DNA of 64,000 nt from Octopus bimaculoides (Eukaryota), in assembly GCF_001194135.2 (NCBI RefSeq), contig NC_068987.1, forward strand, positions 104,789,835 through 104,853,834. The letters run 5' to 3'. Every line of letters begins with the position of its first letter. The stretch's first letter is position 1. The translations under genes and the position numbers were made by a program. This document shows positions 11,880-26,121 of this stretch, piece after piece. The notes under the pieces were generated by a model. The model ran no database searches, was not told the DNA's origin, and saw only the letters and a list, made by a program, of their open reading frames with translations.

Positions 11880-13080
11880 TCGATGTCTACCTAAAACCGA
11901 ATTCTTGACACAGCATGCTAACAAACCCAGACGGTGTGCTGTCGACTGCAGTATTGTATATAGGTAAACTTGAACTTCAGTCTAATAATAATCATATTGC
12001 TCCACATCGGTTTGTCGGTGATCTATACACGGTAGAGTGAACGTATGCTTAGTGCATTTGGCGATTTGTTACAACGTGGAAGAACAACGTGCTTGTTTGA
12101 AACTCTGTTTCATATTGGAAAAACGTTTAATGGAGAATTTTCTGATGTTGCGATTGGCCTATGTGGAGGATTATTTTTGCCTGGTACAGTGTTACAAGTA
12201 GTATCAGCATTTCAAATAGGGAAGAACATACTCCGAAGACAATCCTGGATTCGGATGACCTTTTAATCAGAGGGCAACGAACCGAAGTGATTCGAAAAAA
12301 TTGGTGTTTGACTGTCCTTGAAATTTCCTAAAAGATACGCATTTGTAAAAGTTCGTACCATCTGATTTTCAAAGAAAAATTGACGAGGCTTCGTGTTGCT
12401 ATAAAATCTTTGCTTTATCTGCAGATAAAGGAGCTAAAATGGCAAACAAGTCACAGTCAGTCAGCTGTTTTGGTCATTTGAATGCTATTGAAAAGTTTCT
12501 GGAAAATAACATAGCAGGTGACGAAACATGGACGTATGGTTACAATGACGAAACACACACAAAAAATGCATTCACTTCTCTAGATTGGATCATCAGTACT
12601 ACGATTAAAAACATTTTTTTAAAAAAACAAGCTAGAGTCAGTCAAATACTAAGATAAAATTGATTGTCTCCGATTGATTTTTTNNNNNNNNNNCGGGGGG
12701 GAGATATTGATCTCATAACATTGTTTCTCGTGATCAGACGATCAATAAACATTATAATACTTGAATGTCCTGGATCTTTTGAAAGAGGTAGTGTGAAAGA
12801 AGGGGTCTAAGGCGTATGCAAACAAAACTTGATACTACACCGCGACAACGCATCCACTCACGCACTATCTGTTGTTTTCTGGCAAACTATGAAAAGATTC
12901 TCGTCTAGATTTTACCTAAGAAGACTAATTTTTGTTCCCAAATTTGAAAAGCATTCTGGAATATCACGGAGTTCAGAAATAGAAGAGATCGAAGAAAATT
13001 CACCATAGGAATTGTGCATTAACTTTGAAAATGCGATCCAGATAAAGACTCAAAACTGGTGGAGAGGATTAAGAGCGTTC
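11880..13080 (+). mobile_element. degenerate mariner transposon (DD34D type)
   Basis: Frameshifted EEQRACLKLCF (HTH start), IAGDETWTYGY (first D), LHRDNASTHA (second D) and FLFPNLK-like (third D region). Confidence 0.85.
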
Positions 13081-14091
13081 TATCAACAGTTATGAGATCA
13101 GTATGTGTGTGTAGTTAATGTATGTATGCGTATGCGGGTGCTTAGTTTGTGTGTGAATGCAAGCTTGTTTGTCAAGTATTTATAGGCGTTATTGTTAGGA
13201 TTTCGTAAAGTGATTTTGAATTGTTGTCTATTTTGCCTCTAGTGCAAACATACATATCGATAATGGTGGGATTGTTGTTAGTCCGTCCTTGTTTACTATT
13301 AATTTCATTTTCAACCTCTAATATCATATTACTTTTTTCTATTTGTCACAAGGTGGGGTTATATTAGTGCGTTGATAAAAAGTTTTATTTCAGTGTTGTT
13401 TACCAAGCTATCATTCCTCATTTGCATATTGGTAAAAGAACAATATTGTTTTCTTTTCCTTGTAACTGCACCAGTTCCTCTCTATTTCTCTGCTCTGGCA
13501 CGAGCCATTCCTCTATAGGAATTGTGTCAGTGTTTTTTCTTCGACTTTCAAGCATCTCATGTGCTGTACTACAATTCTAGTTTTACATCAGATATGTTTC
13601 CACCACCAACATCGCCACTGCAACAGCCGTCCATCACCCATCACGGTGCACCTACCACATAACCAAAGCTAGAGTACCCACTGCCTTGATATTGCCATGG
13701 TGTCCGTGATACTTTTAGGCAATACATTAAAAGCAGTGGTAATAGTGGGAGTGATATTAGAAGCATTTGTGGTGGGGTGTATATTGACTGGTGAGGGTAG
13801 GATGCGGTCGAGAGAGCAGTGGTGCTGGGAAGGTGCATTTTGGGACGTTTTTTCTCGTTTCAGGACGCAATAATAGTGATGCCAGCAATGGTGGTCGCAA
13901 TGATGGTTGTAGTAAAAGAAAGAGAAAAGCGAATAGAATGTAACTTGAATAGAATTTTCTTGAAACTTTTTACAATGCCTATATAATGAGCGACTAATTA
14001 TGACAACAATAACCGTTTGATAAATAATTTGTTATTGTAATAAATGGTTTCCTCTGTGTGTATGTTTATACATACATACATACACACACAC

Positions 14092-14266
14092 ACGAGGTGT
14101 ATGTAACCTTTGAATGGGAGACGACGTCACCCTTACTGCGTATGCGCAAAAAAATTTGCGCCGGTTGGCCGCGTCAACTCCTGGTTGTTACGCCTAGAGT
14201 TCACGTGTAGTGCGCGCTCTTCAGATTTTCGTTTCCACGCAAGATGACAGAACGCACCGAGCAGAG
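14092..14266 (+). mobile_element. mariner 5' end (terminus, UTR and MTERTEQ) in opposite orientation
   Basis: CAGATTTTCGTTTCCACGCAAGATGACAGAACGCACCGAGCAGAG resembles the 5' UTR and start of the adjacent minus copy. Confidence 0.6.
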
Positions 14267-14827
14267 ACCATAAACCAATGTCTCATCACCTCTGATGATG
14301 GTCTTCATGAAATCTGGGGCATAACTGACACAATCCAGCATGCCCTGAACGATTTCTATGCGCAATTGCTGCTGCTCCACCAACGCCTTGGGAGCGAATT
14401 TCGTCGACACTCTCCACCTGTACAAATCCTCCATTAAAACGGAATGTACTGATCCTGTGCTTTGTGAACAACTTCCTGGATTGTGCACGACGGTCTTTCA
14501 TGACAATTTGCCGAACCTTCTCAGTCGTCTCCTCGTTTCGGCTTGCAGATGACCTGCTTGAGAGTGCCTCGCTCTCTACAGAGGTGCGACCACATTTGAA
14601 GCGGTTGTACCACTCCTTGGTGTGAGTTTTGCCCATAGCATGATCGCCAAAGGCCTGCTGAATCTTCTGGATGCCTTCAACTTGAGTATCACCAAACTTT
14701 TTGCAAATCCTGGTGCAATATCTCTGCTCTATGTGTTCGGTGAAAACGAAAATCCGACAAAAGCGCATTGCACGTCTATAGTTTTGGCGGGAAAAAATAA
14801 AGTCGGATATTGCTGGAACGCGCTTTG
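14267..14827 (-). mobile_element. mariner transposon 5' half
   Basis: EHIEQRYCTRICKKFGDTQVEGIQKIQQAFGDHAMGKTHTKEWYNRFKCGRTSVESE and PDFMKTIIRGDETLVYG. TA|CAAAGCGCGTTCCAGCAATATCCGAC end. Confidence 0.88.
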
Positions 14828-15833
14828 TATACACACGCGCGCGCGCAAAAACGAACATAGACACACACACAAATAAATATATATATTTTTTTTTTAATAT
14901 TTTGCTTAGGCGTAGCGAAACCACTAACCTGCTGTTAGAACTCAATGTACATAAGCTTCAGAAAGAATTAAATAAATGACAAGGGAACTAGAAATTATGT
15001 AACGAAGTTCATTAGCTTACATCTGTTTCTCCTATAAGATGCAATGCACTCATACTTTGAGCGCTTGCGGATCACCTTATAGCTTTATTTTTGAAGTTCC
15101 GACGAAGCTATAAAGCGAGACATAAACGCTCAGCTATGAGTGCATCTATGGCAGAAACAGCTATAAGCTAATGAAACTCATTACACAATTTCTCGCTCCC
15201 TTGTCATTTATTTAATATTTTGAATATATATTATATATCTAAATACAAACATACAATATATATTTATATATTATACACGCATTCATTGATACGTATATGC
15301 AATTATTGTATTTGCCGGCGTATAAGACGCACTCTCGCATAAGACACACTTCCGTTTGCTGGTACATATTTTGTGGGGAAAAAGAAAAAGTTCTATTATT
15401 TCTATTATTAACTGTATAGTTGTTTATATTGCAGTCAACACAATTGTCATATAAGATGTAAAATTTGTATTTTTTCCACAGTGATGTTTTTTTTTTTTTG
15501 CAGCGATAAGCCAAGACGGTTCTGTACCACCGCAATGGCTTTGTTGCTATCCACTCACAGAAAGTAGCTGACAAGCAGATGAAGGTTTAACATTCCTTTC
15601 ATCCTTCGATGAAAATTTTCATTTAGATAATAATTTTTTTTCTTAAAGGTAATACAGTTATTAAATAATAGATGGTACCTAACAGGTGTTGGTTATGTAT
15701 GTTGAGTAAAAAGTGGTTTTAGTTATGTGACCGCCTCACATAACTACCTGCGTACTGTCAGTAATTTTTCGTAAGTTTGTGCTAACAGACGGTAATATCT
15801 TGGCGTGTTTTCAACATTTTATGATTAATAAGG

Positions 15834-16030
15834 TCGGTGAGCTTTCAGAATCGTTAGTGCTATTTCGTCCGTGTGTCCGTTCTGAGTTCAAATTCCGCCG
15901 AGGTCGACTTTGTCTTTCATGCTTTCATGGTCGATAAAATAAGTACCAGTTGAGCACTGGGGTCGATGCAATTAACTTACCCCCTCCCCCGAACTTGCTG
16001 GTTTTGTGCCAAAATTTGAAACCAGTATTT
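15834..16030 (+). mobile_element. tRNA-derived SINE family A
   Basis: GTTCTGAGTTCAAATTCCGCCGAGGTCGACTTTG...AAGTACCAGTTGAGCACTGGGGTCGAT. Confidence 0.8.
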
Positions 16031-16726
16031 TTTTATTAGTAACAAACAATTAATATGCTTAGTGGACTTATGCTCATCTGGTATTTGTTCCAAGTCACTA
16101 CATTCCAAGTTCAAATCCAACCAAGGTCAATATTGCCTTTTATCCTTCCTGGATTGTTAAAATAAGGTCCCACTCTAGTACTGGGGTTGATTTAATCAAC
16201 GAATCCTTCTAACAAATATTAGGTTTTGTCCCTATATCAGAAACATTTATGCACTTCGTTACTCGAATCTTATATACATCTCTATGTACGTAATACGTAT
16301 ATTTTCTAAGATGTATATTATTTAATTCAGTTAGGTAGCATAGTTTTATATTAGTCTATACATTACTATTAGCTTTAAATCTACTGCTTTTTCTTTTCTT
16401 TATTTTCTTTGGTACTGTTTTCAGAAAATATTCATATTTCAGCGTTGATTCGCTATCCGAATACATTCATGCACTTTATTTCGGGTAACCTACATCCCAA
16501 GAGAAAATTTGGAATTTCATGGAGCTTACAACTTGGAGATTAAACCCGATGCTAACCATATATATATATGGTTAGTTGAATTTCAATTTGTACCCAGCTA
16601 CTGACATTTCTGCATGTGCATATGTATGCAAGTAATTATACACCCAGTTAAGAGAAACGCATACTTGTCCCAGTAGATATAATATATTTTAACTTTAAGA
16701 TACATACCACAATTTTAGTTCAGTCA

Positions 16727-16757
<31 letters not shown>

Positions 16758-16919
16758 AGTACATAATTTCATATTTTGAAGCCCAAACCTAACCGTTTGC
16801 TTAATTATCATATATATAAACGTCATGAAATCGACCACATAATGTCATTGTGAACTAACTGATTTAATGCTGCACTTTCGTGGATTAAAATTGCAGTTTT
16901 ATATGTGTCGCTCTACTTG

Positions 16920-16982
<63 letters not shown>

Positions 16983-17949
16983 CGCACACATACACAGGTG
17001 AGCACATAAGTGCAAAACAAGGTGGTAATCAATTTAATGATGCTTTTCTCCTCATAAAGTGTGTAATTTTAATAAAAAATTTTTGTCTACATTGAATATG
17101 AAAAGAGAGAGAAAGAGAGAGACAGACAGACAGAGCAACTGTGCTTACATAAGACATAGGTGCAGACATGTTTGCAAGGTGAAGAACAATGTGGTCTTGG
17201 GTTCAGACCCACTCATGGACATTGTGAGCGGAATTGGTATATGTAAACCTTCATATATGTATGTATGTATGTGTGTGTGAAGCCTGTCATATATATATAT
17301 ATATATATATGGAGAGAGAGAGAGAGAGAGAGGTGGGGGGTTGAAGAATAAATATAATAGAATGATAATGGGATGTGGTGGCTGTTTTTAATGCCTGCTT
17401 TATAAAATCAACTTGTGATGATCTTGATTGGAATTAAGTGAGTATAAATGTATCACTGTGGAATAAATTAGTCACAAGGTAGATTACAAGATTAAAGTCT
17501 CAGACATAACCCTTTGTTATAGTGATGTTTTCTGATACTAATAAATAGAGTGAGAGTAACGAAAGAGAGATAAAAGAAAGAAGAAAAAAATAATGAGAGG
17601 TGAGAGAAAAATAATGAAGAACGAAGGAGAAATGGAATGCAAGATACCACATGTTGGACAATAGTCAAAGAGGGGAGATAATTAGTGTCAGTGCTGGCAA
17701 TGTTTCCTTTTCTTCAAGGCATGACCCTGTTTATTTCTGATTTGAATAATAGAATAGAACAATGGAGCAATAGGTTGGTAAGTGTTCTGTATAGATAGGT
17801 TATGACAATGATGATGATAAGGAGAAAATGGAGAAAAGAAGGCATGTTAAGTCTACTTTTCCAGAGTAAGCTCGATAAATCCAAAATACCCCAAAATACA
17901 CATGATTAAAGAAGAACACAATCTTTTCTACTCTAGACACACAGCTCAA

Positions 17950-18316
17950 AATTTTTGGGGAGGGGGACAGTCAGTTAGATTGACCCCAGTAAATAACTGT
18001 TAATTTATCGACCCCAAATGGATGAAAGGCAAAGCCGACCACGGCAGAATTTGAACTCAGAATGTAAAGACAGACAAAATATTTATGTCTTTATTACCCA
18101 CAAGGGGCTAAACACAGAGGGGACAAACAAGAACAGACAAACGGATTAAATCGATTACATCGACCCCAGTGTATAACTGGTTCTTAATTTATCGATCCCG
18201 AAAGGATGAAAGGCAAAGTTGACCTCGGTGGAATTTGAACTCAGAACGTAGCAGCCGACGAAATACAACTAAGCATTTCGCCTGACGTGCTAACGTTTCT
18301 GCCAACTTGCTGCTTT
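17950..18316 (-). mobile_element. tRNA-derived SINE family A, one partial and one near-complete copy
   Basis: Reverse complement of the family A body and head (GAATTTGAACTCAGAACGTA...TGCTAACG). Confidence 0.8.
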
Positions 18317-19516
18317 AAGAAGAACACAATAATAACAGATTTCTTGGGCATGTTTGAACCAAGGAGGTAAACAAACTAAATTATGCAAGTGCCAAATGCA
18401 TCAAACATAAGTTAGTATTTAATTATATTGAATGTTTATAAGCTTTTCTTTACTTTTAAGATGGCTGATAAATACAGATTTGGTTTAATATCTTTTAGTC
18501 TACGATGAATAAATTGAATACAATTTGAATTCTTATTTTCCTTCTGTAAACTATTACAAAATTGTTTTCACAACTGTAAATTATAACATGTGAGTTAATA
18601 GCAAAAATATACATGTTGTCTATGTAGAGAAAACTTAGAGAAATGTTAAAATTCTAAATTAGCTAAATCAGCATCTCTAACTATATTCATTGAGATTATT
18701 GGGCCATTGCCAAAATTGAGTCATTTTTTTTTTTTGCCTTTTTTTATCTTCTTTGGTTTAATAATGTTCTTTCAAGATTTACAAGGTAAAGTATTTTCTG
18801 TCTCTGACAAACAAAGCAGGAAGATGTTGATGCTTTGAAAAGCCTCTTGAGAATACCAGAGCAGAGTGTACCATTATCGAATTGTTCAACAGTACTTTTT
18901 AACCATCAAGAGTGAGACATTTCTGTTTCGGTGCCAATAGTTGTAGGAAATGTGTAGATGAGTGAGCTGACAGCCATGCACAGTAAACAGACAATATGCA
19001 AATGGTATGACATTCTACTTTACATCAAAGTTGTTTTAGATAAAAAAAAATGCTTCGCTCTTTTGAGACACCCAAAATTGCAGAGTTTCAGCATAAAACC
19101 TTGTCACACATTGTCCAATATCACTGACACCTAGCCTGTAAAACATAAGTTTCATGGATGTCAGATATATTTGGAGTGTTATTAATAATCAGAAAATGTT
19201 GGTACTTTTGCAGCAAGAAAAATCTGGTTGAGTGCTGCACCTGAAATACAATCATTCTTAATTAGTATGTGTGTATTGAGGTTGTGTGTGTGTGTAATCA
19301 CATTAACACACACCACTGCCAAAGCTGTTGGTGTGATCTGATAAAGGGAGTGTCCCACAGAGCAAGCTGTATATAAATATGTACATATTAAATATACACA
19401 TTTGTGTACATACATATGTACATATATATATGTAATATACATATATATATGTATATACATATATATATATATGTGTATACATATATGCATATACATATAC
19501 ACACATACGCATTCAC

Positions 19517-19554
<38 letters not shown>

Positions 19555-19637
19555 GAATTTATAAACAACAAAAGACGAAGATGGGTGTGTAAACAACAAA
19601 CAGATGTATTAGTTTAATGCTTGGGAAGTGAGAAAGT

Positions 19638-19673
19638 CTTTTACGTTTCGAGCCTACGCTCTTCAGCAGAAAG
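19638..19673 (-). ncRNA. minimal hammerhead-like motif with non-canonical position 6
   Basis: CUUU-CUGCUGA-A-GAGC(GUAG)GCUC-GAAAC-GUA-AAAG. All three stems can be drawn, but A6 is C. Confidence 0.4.
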
Positions 19674-22600
19674 GAACACAGAAATAAACAGGGAGAGAAA
19701 ACAGAAAAGGTTGAGTGGCTAGTGATCTATCATGGCGAATGCTGGACAGAGGGGTCACACAGGAGAGCTAGGAAAAAGGGGAGATGGCAATTTAGGTTAA
19801 ATTTCATCAGTTCTAGTACTGTTCATCATGATATATCATAGTAACTATACTAAGGAGTTTCTTTAGAGAGCATTGGCTGCAATATTGAGCATATCAAATG
19901 ACTGTGTAACAGATGTTTTAATCACTTATGTGATATTGATAGCTTACATATAAGAAACAAGAATATTCATAATAAACCAGTTGAATACAAATGTTGGTTA
20001 AGCAAGAACGTTTGACACTTAACAAATCTTTGTCAACACTTTTAGCTCTATAAAAACACTAAACACTTAATATTATATTCATTTATGTTATATTTCTAGT
20101 GATACCATCTATTATGTTTCCCCAGGTCTTCTTTGGTTATTTTTCAAAGGCCTTCCAGATCACTGCACATTTATAGACCTCTGGTAGTAGTGTAGTTGTC
20201 ATGGAGTATCACTGGCACACCGTGACATAGACAGCTGCTGGATCTCTGCTGCCTTGAAGCAGACATTTATGGCAATGACTATACAAGATTCATATCCACA
20301 TGTATTTAGTCATATTCATATGTACTTACTTTTTTTATATGAAATTATATCCCATGAGGGTCTTCTGGGGAGCTTTGGATCAATTCTGACTTCAAGCTGC
20401 CAAAAAGAGTCTCGTGTGACCTAATTTCACAGCAAGTTTAAATACACATGGATATGACTCCATATGTTTATTTATTCATAACCCACACTGTGTTAATATT
20501 GTAGTATTTATCAAACCAGTGTTAACAGGGGCTTCACAGGATGTACACAAACACACACACACACTAGACCAAGTTTCCACAATATCTTGAGCCACACCTT
20601 CTCTAATAGCTATCTACTGTTGAAATAATATAGCTTTTTTATTTCGTCCCTTAGCATTTTTTAGATATCTATATTATCAACCAAAGTAAACAAATTATGA
20701 TGAACAATGAAGACAGAATGATCAATCAATAATGGCTGCTCATTCATAAGCGAACAAGTTGATCATCATTCTAAATAGCAAGATTTTTTATCTATAGTGC
20801 AGTGATTATAAGTAAATAGAACAAGACCGAATTGTTTCTTAACAGCACAAGCAGTCCAAAGGTTGAGTGATATGTAAAATGATACAATTAAATCAATGAC
20901 GCAAATTTTGAGAATATTCATTCTACTGACTGCAACTTTAGAGTTGACAACAATGAAATAAAGGTCATATTTAAAAGCAGTTCAATTTCTGACAACTGGC
21001 TGATGTAATACACTAAGTCAAACCAAACTGTTTGATGAAATATTTTATAATATGTAGTTAAGGAATTCAGTAACTTACAGAATTAAAGAAAATGAATAAT
21101 GGTTCCACTTAAAATAATTGTTTTGATTCATTGAAAAGAAATAATTTAGTTGTTATAACATTTTGATTAAACAGAGTTATTCTATGATATGGATCAGTTT
21201 CCAAGTATTATAGTTTGAACTTAGGCAGTGGTGTGGCAGAATTGTTAGAATGTCTGACAAAGTACTTTGCAATATTTTATTTGAGCCTTTTACATTCTGA
21301 GTTCAAATCTCACCAAAGTTAACTTTGTTTTTCATCCTTTTATGATTAATAAAATAAATTACCAATCAAGTAGTGGTGTTGAATTATATTTTTACAATAT
21401 ATTCTAAGTCTAAATAGAATGAGAACAAAAGATGAAGAAGTAGAAGAACATTATTACTCTGAGATGTCAATAAAATAAAAATTAACAGTGGTGTCTATAA
21501 GACAATAGTCTCATCCAGAAGCATAACATTCAGGCCTTTTAAAAGCAGGACAAAATTGAATTATGCTTCAATGATGTATGAAAATGCAAGCATCCAGTGG
21601 TCCAGTGATATCATTCATAGCCCGATGATGTATTTTTCTCACACATTATCTACAAGAAGAATTTTTCTCTCAAGGCAATTTTTGAAGCTTATGTTTTTCC
21701 ATGTCCAAGTGTATAGACATGTGTCAAATATAATTGTAAAAACCTATATTTCACTCAACACTGATCAGTGCACTTCTAATTAATTAATTCCAGCTTGGCA
21801 AAGCTTTGTGCACATCACTGTGCAATGAACTGTTTACTGTTCTGATATAAGTGCAAAAAGTTCTTGGTCAATATGAATGACTTGATATCCATGGCTGACA
21901 ATGTACAATAACACAGAAATACATGCATACTATGGTCTGGGATGTCATTCATAGCTCAATGGTGTGTTTTCCACATATTATTTACCAGGAGAACTTTTTT
22001 CTCTCAAAACAATTTCTGCAGCACATGTCTTTCCTTCTCTGAGTATACATATCTCACGGTGGTGCACCAGCATAACCGCAGCCACTTGGCTGAAACACAT
22101 AAATATATAAATAAATATCTATCAAATGTGTTGTGAGCCAACAGGGAAATCTTTATGCTGTCATTGCACCTCATAGAAATCACAACTAAATCATCCTCAA
22201 ATCCCACTCTAAACGTTTTGTTAAAAGACACATTGGAAAATTGAGTCTTAGATATACTGTGTTTGATTAAAAGATTTGATAATCAAGGCTGGTGTACCTT
22301 TGACCATGAGTCTAAGGCCACAACACGTATGATATGAAGTCATCCAGTGCAAGATCTTTATAAGAAATCAGTAGAAAATTATCCACTAACTGTATGCTGT
22401 GGCCACCAAGCCAGAACAAAATTCATGGTTGCCACTTGAATAGTGTTGTGAAATAAAACTTTTGATTAGTTCAAATATGTTTGGGATATATTTGACCTAT
22501 AAGAAGTTCATTTTCATTGAAGTTGGTCATGGAGAAAAAATTCTCACTTTAGGCAAAAACTGTAAAACGCCATCATTTCAGAGTGTCCACTATGGTCTAG

Positions 22601-22885
22601 TATAAGCATCTTGAGCTTTTTATTCTCACAGCAGTGTTAGATACCAACTGTGCTTTTGTGTCTGTATTTGTATCACTACTACTTGACAACCAGTATTGGT
22701 TTGTTCATGTTCATGTCCCAATGGCTGATGGAATGAGTACCAAACTTTAGAATGAGCACTGCAGACAGTTTGTTCAATAAAAATTCTTCAAGGCACTAGA
22801 ATGACTGAAACTAGAAAAAGATTAAAAAAACAACTAGGGAAGGTAATTTCATTTAGCCGATCAAGCTTATCCTTGCTATGTTTAA

Positions 22886-23111
22886 CCCTTTCAACCCGGA
22901 ATTTTTTCTCAATATATTTTCTTGAATTGGTAAAGGTGGGTGGGGTTTGTACATATGTGAAACTTTTGAGCTGTCATTATAGTGTCGTACACTCCAATCA
23001 TACATCTGGCGCTACATACTTACCAGAAAAACTGGAGTGGTACTATACTGCATCACATAGAATGGGAATTTTAAAGATTTGGGTTGTAAAATTTTTGCAA
23101 GACTGAAAGGG
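22886..23111. mobile_element. piggyBac-type MITE
   Basis: TTAA|CCCTTTCA...TGAAAGGG|TTAA: TTAA target duplication at 22882-22885 and 23112-23115. Confidence 0.75.
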
Positions 23112-23799
23112 TTAAAGAGTATTGTAATATGGTCATTCTGGTGCACAAGCAATGAAGCATATACTAAAGTTTACTATGTTCATGTTCAGATAGCCTGACA
23201 TTAACTATCATGTTCAGCTATGCTTTTTCAATCATTCAACAGAAGCTGTGTACTTTGCTCATTTTTCCTAATATCCAGGTTATGCCATTATACTATATTA
23301 AAGAAAAAAAAACTTTAAAGAGAATTTAAGCCTAACCTGAACTTCAAATCTTCAATTTTGAGAGGAGCAATGCTCACCTTGCTGTAGGCTCTGAAAGCAG
23401 CCTCGTCCCCCTTTGTTTCTCATAGGCCCTGTCTAAATCTAATCTGTGCTAACATGGTGCTAAATAACAGCTATTACTATAGACTCTAAAAGTGGAACAT
23501 ATCTGTCTACTGCATAGGTTGTAGCATTGACTCCATTATTGAGATTATATGTATAATGCCAGAGAATGTCATGTACTTGTTGCACAAAGATATATATTTC
23601 ACCTGTGCTAAAGTGTACCATAGACATCCCATCCAGCTCTCATCATATGCCCATAAATTTGTCTACTGTATTATGAAGTGCCAAAAACATACCAATGTCC
23701 ATTTAGGGAGGTAATAGCTAAAAGTAATGCTGAGTCAATGACATTGAATATATTTTATAACCATTGAAAGAAAGAGAACGGTGTGAGGTGGAGTAAGAG

Positions 23800-24160
23800 T
23801 AAAAGTGAGAAAGAAAGGAACAGTATGAGGCAGGGAAAAGTAGAGGTAGGAGGTCAGTAGAAAGAAAAACTGTAGGTGAAGTAAAATTAACCGTCTTTAA
23901 GATGAGGTGGGGGGGAAAGTGTATAAATTAACACCAGGAAAGGAGTGTTCAGTGATATTATGAAAGTGGATGCTAGGAAGGATGGGAGTTGTAATATAAG
24001 GGTAATAAGAGAAGGAATGGTCTGAGGTAACAGAAAGGGAATTTATGCTGTGACAGACGAGACTGCATAGTGAAAACAGAAGAAATGTGCCGCAACAGGC
24101 AGCTACAGGATGGCTATTTTGAGATAATGAATGAAAGGTGAGGATGTGCAGCAATGACTA
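23800..24160 (-). mobile_element. possible CR1/L2 LINE endonuclease remnant
   Basis: Pyrimidine-rich minus frame with LSVTSDHSF (APE-type SDH motif). Weak. Confidence 0.35.
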
Positions 24161-24956
24161 TGAGATGGAGAGGGGAAAGGTAAAGTAAAAGATCTAACGA
24201 GAAGTGATGAAAAAATATCAGAGAAATACATAATAGAAATAAAAAAAATATTCACTAGAAACTATTAAGATCTTGTGAAATTTGATCTTAGAGAAACTGA
24301 AGGTAGGTCTGGCATGAAACTATTGTTTAGAGACACCCAACATTCCCTTCAACAGAAAGCTTCTGATAGGCTAGGTACAACATTGGTACCAAGCCAACAA
24401 GAGTACCTGTATGTGGGTGTACTACTTGCTAGAACTAGTAATCAAATTTCCCTCAACACACACATGACCATCATCTTAAAAAGAAGTTAGAAGGATGCAT
24501 TACAAAATAAAGTTCTTGATACTTTCATTAGCAGTTTGGCAAAAGAAACTGACAGAATAAATCCCAGGCTTGAAAGAATAATTCCTGGGATCGATTTGTT
24601 TGACTAAAATTCTTCAATGTGGTGCTCCAGCATGGCCATGGTCTAATGATGACTGAACCAAATAAAGGATTAAAGGGTACCTCTAAAAGGACCAAATGGT
24701 CACAAACAGAATGATTCTCCTCATAAGTCTGCTAGATCATGGCCAGGGGTTAAACTGCACCAGCAACCATACAGGTGTTAGAATATAATACATAGATCAT
24801 GAAAAGGCTAACACACACACACACTGGTAACAGCCTGTGGAAGGTTTACCTTTTTTTAATTTGTTTCTTGTTTTTGTTATTGCCTTTTGTGTTTAATTGT
24901 CAGAGCATATGATGCCATGTCTAGCAATTTCTTGGAGAGTGATCTGTGTTATTGCA

Positions 24957-25004
<48 letters not shown>

Positions 25005-25024
25005 ATAAACACTAGTATTCTATT

Positions 25025-25438
25025 ATTTGGTTCAGTCATTTGACTGCGGCCATGCTGGAGCACCGCCTTTAGTCAAGCAAATCGCCCCCAGGACTTATTC
25101 TTTGTAAGCCTAGTACTTATTCTATCTGTCTCTTTTGCCGAACCGCAAAGTTACGGGGACATAAACATACCAGCATCAGTTGTCAAGTGATGTTGTGGGG
25201 ACAAACACAGACACACAAACATATACTTACATATATCATCATCATCATCATCGTTTAACGTCCGCTTTCCATGCTTGCATGGGTTGGACGATTTGACTGA
25301 GGACTGGTGGACCAGAATGCAACACCAGGCTCCAATCTGATTTGGCAGCCTGGTGTCGCCTCCTGGTCCACCAGTCCTCAGTCAAATCGTCCAACCCATG
25401 CTANNNNNNNNNNCCGCTTTCCATGCTTGCATGGGTTG

Positions 25439-25469
<31 letters not shown>

Positions 25470-25633
25470 CGATGGGCTTCTTTCAGTTTCCGTCTACCAA
25501 ATCCACTCACAAAGCTTTGGTCGGCCCGTGGCTATAGTAGAAGACACTTGCCCAAGGTGCCAGGCAGTGGGACTGAACCCAGAACCCTGTGGTTGGTAAG
25601 CAAGCTTATTACCACGCAGCCACGCCTGCGCCT
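25025..25633 (-). mobile_element. tRNA-derived SINE family B, interrupted by a family C fragment
   Basis: Head TAGGCGCAGGCGTGGCTG...GGTTCAGTCCCACTG, central GCACCTTGGGCAAG, tail CTCCAGCATGGCCGCAGTCAAATGACTGAA. Many other copies (1-140, 10720-10890, 31240-31640, 33232-33590, 42255-42655, 43090-43320, 44535-44740). Confidence 0.8.
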
Positions 25634-26084
25634 ATATATACAAATAGATCATATATGTGTGTGTATGTGCATATGTGTGTGTGTGTATGTGCATATGTGT
25701 GTGTGTGTATGTGCATATGTGTGTGTGTGTATGTGCATTATGTATGTAAATATACATATATCATCATCATCATATAACGTCTGTTGTCCATGCTGGCATG
25801 GGTTGGACGGTTTGACCAGGGCTGGTAAGCTGAGGGGCTGCACCAAACTTTAGTCTGATTTGGCACAGTTTCTACAGCTGGATGCCCTTCCTAACATTAA
25901 CCACTCTGAGAGTATAATGGGTGCTTTTTCGTGCCACCAGCAAGGGTGCCAGTTTGCATGACACCAGTATCTGCCACAACTATGATTTCATTTGGCTTGA
26001 TGGGGCTTCTTCTCAAGCATAGCATATTGCCAAAGATCTTGGTCATTTGTCATTGCATCTGTGAGGACCAGTGCTCAAAAGGTG

Positions 26085-26121
<37 letters not shown>

